From positions 373,736,001 to 373,800,000 of the forward strand of contig OZ024742.1 in the NCBI GenBank assembly GCA_964016885.1: a DNA stretch of 64,000 nucleotides. The letters are read 5' to 3'. Below are positions 1-12,000 of the stretch, in pieces. Positions within the stretch are counted from its first letter, which is position 1; each line of letters starts with the position of its first letter. The translations under genes were made by a program, and so were the position numbers. The DNA comes from Eledone cirrhosa (lineage: Eukaryota). A model generated the notes under the pieces. That model had not been told where the DNA came from. It did no database searches and worked only from the letters and a program-made list of their open reading frames with translations.

Positions 1-3000
1 TTGTGGCCAGTTTGGATAACCTAACACTGACATCAGTAGTAGGGAGAGTGGAACTCATTGATTCCACTGAAGAGCTCTGTCTACCTTATGGCCAGATTGG
101 ATAACCTAAGACTGACATTAGTAGTAAGGAGAGTGGAGCTCATTGATTCCACTGAAGAGCTCTGTCTACCTTATGGCCAGATTGGATAACCTAAGACTGA
201 CATTAGTAGTAGTGAGAGTGGAGCTCATTGATTCCACTGAAGAGCTCTGTCTACCTTGTGGCCAGATTGGATAACCTAAGACTGACATTAGTAATAGGGA
301 GAGTGGAACTCATTGATTCCACTGAAGAGCTCTGTCTACCTTATGGCCAGATTCGATAACCTAAGACTGACATTAGTAGTAAGGAGAGTGGAGCTCATTG
401 AATCCACTGAAGAGCTCTGTCTACCTTATGGCCAGATTGGATAACCTAAGACTGACATTAGTAGTAGGGAGAGTGGAGCTCATTGATTCCACTGAAGAGC
501 TCTGTCTACCTTATAGCCAGATTGGATAACCTAAGACTGACATTAGTAGTAGGGAGAGTGGAACTCATTGATTCCACTGAAGAGCTCTCTCTACCTTATG
601 GCCAGATTGGATAACCTACGACTGACATCAGTAGTAGGGAGAGTGGAGCTCATTGATTCCACTAAAGAGCTCTGTCTACCTTGTGGCCAGATTGGATAAC
701 CTAAGACTGACATTAGTAGTAGGGAGAGTGGAGCTCATTGATTCCACTGAAGAGCTCTGTCTACCTTATGGCCAGATTGGATAACCTAAGACTGACATCA
801 GTAGTAGGGAGAGTGGAACTCATTGATTCCACTGAAGAGCTCTCTCTACCTTATGGGCAGATTGGATAACCTAAGACTGACATCAGTAGTAGGGAGAGTG
901 GAAGTCATTGATTCCACTGAAGAGCTCTGTCTACCTTATGGCCAGATTGGATAACCTAAGACTGACATTAGTAGTAGGGAGAGTGGAACTCATTGATTCC
1001 ACTGAAGAGCTCTGTCTACCTTATGGCCAGATTGGATAACCTAAGACTGACATTAGTAGTAGGGAGAGTGGAACTCATTGATTCCACTGAAGAGCTCTGT
1101 CTACCTTATGGCCAGATTGGATAACCTAAGACTGACATTAGTAGTAGGGAGAGTGGAACTCATTGATTCCACTGAAGAGCTCTGTCTACCTTATGGCCAG
1201 ATTGGATAACCTAAGACTGACATTAGTAGTAGGGAGAGTGGAACTCATTGATTCCACTGAAGAGCTCTGTCTACCTTGTGGCCAGTTTGGATAACCTAAG
1301 ACTGACATCAGTAGTAAGGAGAGTGGAGCTTATTGATTCCACTGAAGAGCTCTGTCTACCTTATGGCCAGATTGGATAACCTAAGACTGACATTAGTAGT
1401 ATGGAGAGTGGAACTCATTGATTCCACTGAAGAGCTCTGTCTACCTTATGGCCAGATTGGATAACCTAAGACTGACATCAGTAGTAGGGAGAGTGGAGTT
1501 CATTGATTCCACTGAAGAGCTCTGTCTACCTTATGGCCAGTTTGGATAACCTAAAACTGACATCAGTAGTAGGGAGAGTGGAACTCATTGATTCCACTGA
1601 AGAGCTCTGTCTACCTTATGTCCAGTTTGGATAACCTAAGACTGACATTAGTAGTAGGGAGAGTGGAACTCATTGATTCCACTGAAGAGCTCTGTCTACC
1701 TTATAGCCAGATTGGATAACCTAAGACTGACATCAGTAGTAGGGAAAGTGGAGCTCATTGATTCCACTGAAGAGCTCTGTCTACCTTATGGCCAGATTGG
1801 ATAACCTAAGACTGACATCAGTAGTAGGGAGAGGGGAGCTCATTGATTCCACTGAAGAGCTCTGTCTACCTTATGGCCAGATTGGATAACCTAAGACTGA
1901 CATTAGTAGTAGGGAGAGTGCAGCTCATTGATTCCACTGAAGAGCTCTGTCTACCTTATGGCCAGTTTGGATAACCTAAGACTGACATTAGTAGTAGGGA
2001 GAGTGGAGCTCATTGATTCCACTAAAGAGCTCTGTCTACCTTATGGCCAGTTTGGATAACCTAAGACTAACATTAGTAGTAGGGAGAGTGGAACTCATTG
2101 ATTCCACTGAAGAGCTCTGTCTACCTTATGGCCAGATTGGATAACCTAAAACTGACATCAGTAGTAGGGAGAGTGGAACTCATTCATTCCACTGAAGAGC
2201 TCTGTCTACCTTATGGCCAGATTGGATAACCTAAGACTGACATCAGTAGAAGGGAGAGTGGAGCTCATTCATTCCACTGAAGAGCTCTGTCTACCTTATG
2301 GCCAGATTGGATAACCTAAGACTGACATTATTAGTAGGGAGAGTGGAGCTCATTGATTCCACTGAAGAGCTCTGTCTACCTTATGGCCAGTTTGGATAAC
2401 CTAAGACTGACATTAGTAGTAGGGAGAGTGGAGCTCATTGATTCCACTGAAGAGCTCTCTCTACCTTATGGCCAGATTGGATAACCTAAGACTGACATTA
2501 GTAGTAGGGAGAGTGGAGCTCATTGATTCCACTGAAGAGCTCTGTCTACCTTATGGCCAGTTTGGATAACCTAAGACTGACATTAGTAGTAGGGAGAGTG
2601 GAGCTCATTGATTCCACTGAAGAGCTCTGTCTACCTTATGGCCAGATTGGATAACCTAAGACTGACATTAGTAGTAGGGAGAGTGGAGCTCATTGATTCC
2701 TCTGAAGAGCTCTGTCTACCTTATGGCCAGTTTGGATAACCTAAGACTAACATTAGTAGTAGGGAGAGTGGAACTCATTGATTCCACTGAAGAGCTCTGT
2801 CTACCTTATGGCCAGATTGGATAACCTAAGAGTGACATCAGTAGTAGGGAGAGTGGAGCTCATTGATTCCTCTGAAGAGCTCTGTCTACCTTATGGCCAG
2901 ATTGGATAACCTAAGACTGACATCAGTAGAAGGGAGAGTGGAGCTCATTGATTCCACCGAAGAGCTCTGTCTACCTTATGGCCAGATTGGATAACCTAAG

Positions 3001-6000
3001 ACTGACATCAGTAGTAAGGAGAGTGGAGCTCATTGATTCCACTGAAGAGCTCTGTCTACCTTATGGCCAGTTTGGATAACCTAAGACTTACATCAGTAGT
3101 AAGGAGAGTGGAGCTCATTGATTCCACTGAAGAGCTGTCTACCTTATGGCCAGATTGGATAACCTAAGACTTATATCAGTAGTAGGGAGAGTGGAGCTCA
3201 TTGATTCCACTGAAGAGCTCTGTCTACCTTATGGCCAGATTGGATAACCTAAGATTGACATCAGTAGTAGGGAGAATTGAGATCATTGATTCCACTGAAG
3301 AGCTCTGTCTACCTTATGGCCAGATTGGATAACCTAAGATTGACATCAGTAGTAGGGAGAGTGGAGCTCATTGATTCCACTGAAGAGCTCTGTCTACCTT
3401 ATGGCCAGATTGGATAACCTAAGACTGACATTAGTAGTAGGGATAGTGGAGCTCATTGATTCCACTAAAGAGCTCTGTCTACCTTATGGCCAGATTGGAT
3501 AACCTAAGACTGTCATTAGTAGTAGGGAGAGTGGAGCTCATTGATTCCACTGAAGAGCTCTGTCTACCTTATGGCCAGATTGGATAACCTAAGACTGACA
3601 TTAGTAGTAGGGAGAGTGGAGCTCATTGATTCCACTGAAGAGCTCTGTCTACCTTATGGCCAGATTGGATAACCTAAGACTTACATCAGTAGTAGGGAGA
3701 GTGGAGCTCATTGATTCCACTGAAGAGCTCTGTCTACCTTATTGCCAGATTGGATAACCTAAGACTGACATTAGTAGTAGGGAGAGTGGAGCTCATTGAT
3801 TCCACTGAAGAGCTCTGTTTACCTTATGGCCAGATTGGATAACCTAAGACTGACATTAGTAGTAGGGATAGTGGAGCTCATTGATTCCACTGAAGAGCTC
3901 TGTCTACCTTATGGCCAGATTGGATAACCTAAGACTTACATCAGTAGTAGGGAGAGTGGAGCTCATTGATTCCACTGAAGAGCTCTCTCTACCTTATGGC
4001 CAGTTTGGATAACCTAAGACTGACATTAGTAGTAGGGAGAGTGGAACTCATTGATTCCACTGAAGAGCTCTGTCTACCTTATGGCCAGATTGGATAACCT
4101 AAGACTGACATCAGTAGTAGGGAGAGTGGAGTTCATTGATTCCACTGAAGAGCTCTCTCTACCTTATGGCCAGTTTGGATAACCTAAGACTGTCATTAGT
4201 AGTAGTGTGAGTGGAACTCATTAATTCCACTGAAGAGCTCTGTCTACCTTATGGCCAGTTTGGATAACCTAAGACTAACATTAGTAGTAGGGAGAGTGGA
4301 GCTCATTCATTCCACTGAAGAGCTCTGTCTACCTTATGGCCAGATTGGATAACCTAAGAGTGACATTAGTAGTAGGGAGAGTGGAGCTCATTGATTCCTC
4401 TGAAGAGCTCTGTCTACCTTATGGCCAGTTTGGATAACCTAAGACTAACATTAGTAGTAGGGAGAGTGGAACTCATTGATTCCACTGAAGAGCTCTGTCT
4501 ACCTTATGACCAGATTGGATAACCTAAAACTGACATCAGTAGTAGGGAGAGTGGAACTCATTCATTCCACTGAAGAGCTCTGTCTACCTTATGGCCAGAT
4601 TGGATAACCTAAGACTGACATCAGTAGAAGGGAGAGTGGAGCTCATTCATTCCACTGAAGAGCTCTGTCTACCTTATGGCCAGATTGGATAACCTAAGAG
4701 TGACATCAGTAGAAGGGAGAGTGGAACTCATTCATTCCACTGAAGAGCTCTGTCTACCTTATGGCCAGATTGGATAACCTAAGACTGTCATCAGTAGTAG
4801 GGAGTGTGGAGCTCATTGATTCCACTGAAGAGCTCTGTCTACCTTATGTCCAGTTTGGATAACCTAAGACTGACATCAGTAGTAGGGAGAGTGGAGCTCG
4901 TTGATTCCACTGAAGAGCTCTGTCTACCTTATGTCCAGTTTGGATAACCTAAGACTGACATCAGTAGCAGGGAGAGTGGAGCTCGTTGATTCCACTGAAG
5001 AGCTCTCTCTGCCTTATGGCCAGATTGGATAACCTAAGAGTGACATCAGTAGTAGGGAGAGTGGAGCTCATTGATTCCACTGAAGAGCTCTGTCTACCTT
5101 ATGTCCAGTTTGGATAACCTAAGACTGACATCAGTAGTAGGGAGAGTGGAGCTCGTTGATTCCACTGAAGAGCTCTGTCTACCTTATGGCCAGATTGGAT
5201 AACCTAAGACTTACATCAGTAGTAAGGAGGGTGGAGCTCATTGATTCCACTGAAGAGCTCTGTCTACCTTATGGCCAGATTGGATAACCTAAGACTGACA
5301 TTAGTAGTAGGGAGAGTGGAACTCATTGATTCCACTGAAGAGCTCTGTCTACCTTATGGTCAGATTGGATAACCTAAGATTGACATCAGTAGTAGGGAGA
5401 GTGGAGCTCATTGATTCCACTGAAGAGCTCTCTCTACCTTATGGCCAGATTGGATAACCTAAGACTGTCATCAGTAGTAGGGAGAGTGGAACTCATTGAT
5501 TCCACTGAAGAGCTCTGTCTACCTTATGGCCAGATTGGATAACCTAAGAGTGACATCAGTAGTAAGGAGAGTGGAGCTCATTGATTCCACTGAAGAGCTC
5601 TGTCTACCTTATGGCCAGATTGGTTAACCTAAGACTGACATTAGTAGTAGGGAGAGTGGAGCTCATTGATTCCACTGAAGAGCTCTGTCTACCTTATGGC
5701 CAGTTTGGATAACCTAAGACTGACATCAGTAGTAGGGAGAGTGGAGCTCGTTGATTCCACTGAAGTGCTCTGTCTACCTTATGGCCAGATTGGATAACCT
5801 AAGACTGACATCAGTAGTAGGGAGAGTGGAGCTCATTGATTCCACTGAAGAGCTCTGTCTACCTTATGGCCAGATTGGATAACCTAAGACTGACATTAGT
5901 AGTAGGGAGAGTGGAGCTCATTGATTCCACTGAAGAGCTCTGTCTACCTTATGGCCAGTTTGGATAACCTAAGAGTGACATCAGTAGTAAGGAGAGTGGA

Positions 6001-9000
6001 GCTCATTGATTCCACTGAAGAGCTCTGTCTACCTTATGGCCAGATTGGATAACCTAAGACTGACATTAGTAGTAGGGAGAGTGGAGCTCATTGATTCCAC
6101 TGAAGAGCTCTGTCTACCTTATGGCCAGTTTGGATAACCTAAGAGTGACATCAGTAGTAAGGAGAGTGGAGCTCATTGATTCCACTGACGAGCTCTGTCT
6201 ACCTTATGGCCAGATTGGATAACCTAAGACTGACATTAGAGTAGGGAGAGTGGAGCTCATTGATTCCACTGAAGAGCTCTGTCTACCTTATGGCCAGATT
6301 GGATAACCTAAGAGTGACATCAGTAGTAAGGAGAGTGGAGCTCATTGATTCCACTGAAGAGCTCTGTCTACCTTATGGCCAGATTGGATAACCTAAGACT
6401 GACATTAGTAGTAGGGAGAGTGGAGCTCATTGATTCCACTGAAGAGCTCTGTCTACCTTATGGCCAGATTGGATAACCTAAGAGTGACATCAGTAGTAAG
6501 GAGAGTGGAGCTCATTGATTCCACTGAAGAGCTCTGTCTACCATATGGCCAGATTGGATAACCTAAGACTGTCATCAGTAGTAGGGAGAGTGGAGCTCAT
6601 TGATTCCACTGAAGAGCTCTGTCTACCTTATGGCCAGTTTGGATAACCTAAGACTGACATTAGTAGTAGGGAGAGTGGAACTCATTGATTCCACTGAAGA
6701 GCTCTGTCTACCTTATGGCCAGATTGGATAACCTAAGACTGTCATCAGTAGTAGGGAGAGTGGAGCTCATTGATTCCACTGAAGAGCTCTGTCTACCTTA
6801 TGGCCAGTTTGGATAACCTAAGACTGTCATCAGTAGTAGGGAGAGTGGAGCTCATTGATTCCACTGAAGAGCTCTGTCTACCTTATGGCCAGATTGGATA
6901 ACCTAAGACTGACATTAGTAGTAGGGAGAGTGGAGCTCATTGATTCCACTGAAGAGCTCTGTCTACCTTATGGCCAGTTTGGATAACCTAAGACTGTCAT
7001 CAGTAGTAGGGAGAGTGGAGCTTATTGATTCCACTGAAGAGCTCTGTCTACCTTATGGCCAGATTGGATAACCTAAGACTGACATTAGTAGTAGGGAGAG
7101 TGGAGCTCATTGATTCCACTGAAGAGCTCTGTCTACCTTGTGGCCAGATTGGATAACCTAAGACTGTCATCAGTAGTAGGGAGAGTGGAGCTCATTGATT
7201 CCACTGAAGAGCTCTGTCTACCTTATGGCCAGATTGGATAACCTAAGACTGTCATCAGTAGTAGGGAGAGTGGAGCTCATTGATTCCACTGAAGAGCTCT
7301 GTCTACCTTATGGCCAGATTGGATAACCTAAGACTGACATTAGTAGTAGGGAGAGTGGAACTCATTGATTCCACTGAAGAGCTCTCTCTACCTTATGGCC
7401 AGATTGGATAACCTAAGACTGACATCAGTAGTAGGGAGAGTGGAGCTCATTAATTCCACTGAAGAGCTCTGTCTACCTTATGGCCAGATTGGATAACCTA
7501 AGACTGACATCAGTAGTAGGGAGAGTGGAGTTCATTAATTCCACTGAAGAGCTCTCTCTGCCTTATGGCCAGATTGGATAACCTAAGACTGACATCAGTA
7601 GTAGGGAGAGTGGAACTCTTTAATTCCACTGAAGAGCTCTGTCTACCTTATGGCCAGTTTGGATGACCTAAGACTAACATTAGTAGTAGGGAGAGTGGAA
7701 CTCATTGATTCCACTGAAGAGCTCTGTCTACCTTATGGCCAGATTGGATAACCTAAGACTGACATCAGTAGTAGGGAGAGTGGAACTCATTGATTCCACT
7801 GAAGAGCTCTGTCTACCTTATGGTCAGATTGGATAACCTAAGACTGACATCAGTAGAAGGGAGAGTGGAGCTCATTGATTCCACTGAAGAGCTCTGTCTA
7901 CCTTATGTCCAGTTTGGATAACCTAAGACTTACATCAGTAGTAAGGAGAGTGGAGCTCATTGATTCCACTGAAGAGCTCTGTCTACCTTATGGCCAGATT
8001 GGATAACCTAAGATTGACATCAGTAGTAGGGAGAGTGGAGCTCATTGATTCCACTGAAGAGCTCTCTCTACCTTATGGCCAGTTTGGATAACCTAAGACT
8101 AACATTAGTAGTAGGGAGAGTGGAACTCATTGATTCCACTGAAGAGCTCTGTCTACCTTATGGCCAGATTGGATAACCTAAGACTTACATCAGTAGTAGG
8201 GAGAGTGGAGCTCATTGATTCCACTGAAGAGCTCTCTCTACCTTATGGCCAGTTTGGATAACCTAAGACTGACATTAGTAGTAGGGAGAGTGGAACTCAT
8301 TGATTCCACTGAAGAGCTCTGTCTACCTTATGGCCAGATTGGATAACCTAAGACTGACATCAGTAGTAGGGAGAGTGGAGTTCATTGATTCCACTGAAGA
8401 GCTCTCTCTACCTTATGGCCAGTTTGGATAACCTAAGACTGACATTAGTAGTAGTGTGAGTGGAACTCATTAATTCCACTGAAGAGCTCTGTCTACCTTA
8501 TGGCCAGTTTGGATAACCTAAGACTAACATTAGTAGTAGGGAGAGTGGAGCTCATTCATTCCACTGAAGAGCTCTGTCTACCTTATGGCCAGATTGGATA
8601 ACCTAAGAGTGACATTAGTAGTAGGGAGAGTGGAGCTCATTGATTCCTCTGAAGAGCTCTGTCTACCTTATGGCCAGTTTGGATAACCTAAGACTAACAT
8701 TAGTAGTAGGGAGAGTGGAACTCATTGATTCCACTGAAGAGCTCTGTCTACCTTATGGCCAGATTGGATAACCTAAAACTGACATCAGTAGTAGGGAGAG
8801 TGGAACTCATTCATTCCACTGAAGAGCTCTGTCTACCTTATGGCCAGTTTGGATAACCTAAGAGTGACATCAGTAGTAAGGAGAGTGGAGCTCATTGATT
8901 CCACTGAAGAGCTCTGTCTACCTTATGGCCAGATTGGATAACCTAAGACTGACATTAGTAGTAGGGAGAGTGGAGCTCATTGATTCCACTGAAGAGCTCT

Positions 9001-12000
9001 GTCTACCTTATGGCCAGTTTGGATAACCTAAGAGTGACATCAGTAGTAAGGAGAGTGGAGCTCATTGATTCCACTGACGAGCTCTGTCTACCTTATGGCC
9101 AGATTGGATAACCTAAGACTGACATTAGAGTAGGGAGAGTGGAGCTCATTGATTCCACTGAAGAGCTCTGTCTACCTTATGGCCAGATTGGATAACCTAA
9201 GAGTGACATCAGTAGTAAGGAGAGTGGAGCTCATTGATTCCACTGAAGAGCTCTGTCTACCTTATGGCCAGATTGGATAACCTAAGACTGACATTAGTAG
9301 TAGGGAGAGTGGAGCTCATTGATTCCACTGAAGAGCTCTGTCTACCTTATGGCCAGATTGGATAACCTAAGAGTGACATCAGTAGTAAGGAGAGTGGAGC
9401 TCATTCATTCCACTGAAGAGCTCTGTCTACCATATGGCCAGATTGGATAACCTAAGACTGTCATCAGTAGTAGGGAGAGTGGAGCTCATTGATTCCACTG
9501 AAGAGCTCTGTCTACCTTATGGCCAGTTTGGATAACCTAAGACTGACATTAGTAGTAGGGAGAGTGGAACTCATTGATTCCACTGAAGAGCTCTGTCTAC
9601 CTTATGGCCAGATTGGATAACCTAAGACTGTCATCAGTAGTAGGGAGAGTGGAGCTCATTGATTCCACTGAAGAGCTCTGTCTACCTTATGGCCAGTTTG
9701 GATAACCTAAGACTGTCATCAGTAGTAGGGAGAGTGGAGCTCATTGATTCCACTGAAGAGCTCTGTCTACCTTATGGCCAGATTGGATAACCTAAGACTG
9801 ACATTAGTAGTAGGGAGGGTGGAGCTCATTGATTCCACTGAAGAGCTCTGTCTACCTTATGGCCAGTTTGGATAACCTAAGACTGTCATCAGTAGTAGGG
9901 AGAGTGGAGCTTATTGATTCCACTGAAGAGCTCTGTCTACCTTATGGCCAGATTTGATAACCTAAGACTGACATTAGTAGTAGGGAGAGTGGAGCTCATT
10001 GATTCCACTGAAGAGCTCTGTCTACCTTGTGGCCAGATTGGATAACCTAAGACTGTCATCAGTAGTAGGGAGAGTGGAGCTCATTGATTCCACTGAAGAG
10101 CTCTGTCTACCTTATGGCCAGATTGGATAACCTAAGACTGTCATCAGTAGTAGGGAGAGTGGAGCTCATTGATTCCACTGAAGAGCTCTGTCTACCTTAT
10201 GGCCAGATTGGATAACCTAAGACTGACATTAGTAGTAGGGAGAGTGGAACTCATTGATTCCACTGAAGAGCTCTCTCTACCTTATGGCCAGATTGGATAA
10301 CCTAAGACTGACATCAGTAGTAGGGAGAGTGGAGCTCATTAATTCCACTGAAGAGCTCTGTCTACCTTATGGCCAGATTGGATAACCTAAGACTGACATC
10401 AGTAGTAGGGAGAGTGGAGTTCATTAATTCCACTGAAGAGCTCTCTCTGCCTTATGGCCAGATTGGATAACCTAAGACTGACATCAGTAGTAGGGAGAGT
10501 GGAACTCTTTAATTCCACTGAAGAGCTCTGTCTACCTTATGGCCAGTTTGGATAACCTAAGACTAACATTAGTAGTAGGGAGAGTGGAACTCATTGATTC
10601 CACTGAAGAGCTCTGTCTACCTTATGGCCAGATTGGATAACCTAAGACTGACATCAGTAGTAGGGAGAGTGGAACTCATTGATTCCACTGAAGAGCTCTG
10701 TCTACCTTATGGCCAGATTGGATAACCTAAGACTGACATCAGTAGAAGGGAGAGTGGAGCTCATTGATTCCACTGAAGAGCTCTGTCTACCTTATGTCCA
10801 GTTTGGATAACCTAAGACTTACATCAGTAGTAAGGAGAGTGGAGCTCATTGATTCCACTGAAGAGCTCTGTCTACCTTATGGCCAGATTGGATAACCTAA
10901 GATTGACATCAGTAGTAGGGAGAGTGGAGCTCATTGATTCCACTGAAGAGCTCTCTCTACCTTATGGCCAGTTTGGATAACCTAAGACTAACATTAGTAG
11001 TAGGGAGAGTGGAACTCATTGATTCCACTGAAGAGCTCTGTCTACCTTATGGCCAGATTGGATAACCTAAGACTTACATCAGTAGTAGGGAGAGTGGAGC
11101 TCATTGATTCCACTGAAGAGCTCTCTCTACCTTATGGCCAGTTTGGATAACCTAAGACTGACATTAGTAGTAGGGAGAGTGGAACTCATTGATTCCACTG
11201 AAGAGCTCTGTCTACCTTATGGCCAGATTGGATAACCTAAGACTGACATCAGTAGTAGGGAGAGTGGAGTTCATTGATTCCACTGAAGAGCTCTCTCTAC
11301 CTTATGGCCAGTTTGGATAACCTAAGACTGACATTAGTAGTAGTGTGAGTGGAACTCATTAATTCCACTGAAGAGCTCTGTCTACCTTATGGCCAGTTTG
11401 GATAACCTAAGACTAACATTAGTAGTAGGGAGAGTGGAGCTCATTCATTCCACTGAAGAGCTCTGTCTACCTTATGGCCAGATTGGATAACCTAAGAGTG
11501 ACATTAGTAGTAGGGAGAGTGGAGCTCATTGATTCCTCTGAAGAGCTCTGTCTACCTTATGGCCAGTTTGGATAACCTAAGACTAACATTAGTAGTAGGG
11601 AGAGTGGAACTCATTGATTCCACTGAAGAGCTCTGTCTACCTTATGGCCAGATTGGATAACCTAAAACTGACATCAGTAGTAGGGAGAGTGGAACTCATT
11701 CATTCCACTGAAGAGCTCTGTCTACCTTATGGCCAGATTGGATAACCTAAGACTGACATCAGTAGAAGGGAGAGTGGAGCTCATTCATTCCACTGAAGAG
11801 CTCTGTCTACCTTATGGCCAGATTGGATAACCTAAGAGTGACATCAGTAGAAGGGAGAGTGGAACTCATTCATTCCACTGAAGAGCTCTGTCTACCTTAT
11901 GGCCAGATTGGATAACCTAAGACTGTCATCAGTAGTAGGAAGAGTGGAGCTCATTGATTCCACTGAAGAGCTCTGTCTACCTTATGTCCAGTTTGGATAA

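Noticed and set aside
1021-1070. Cryptic 28-nt micro-exon or recursive splice site per monomer (CCAG|ATTGG...AGTA|GTAGGG)
   Set aside because: Weak pyrimidine tract and donor, no AG|GT recursive motif; not supportable without RNA data.
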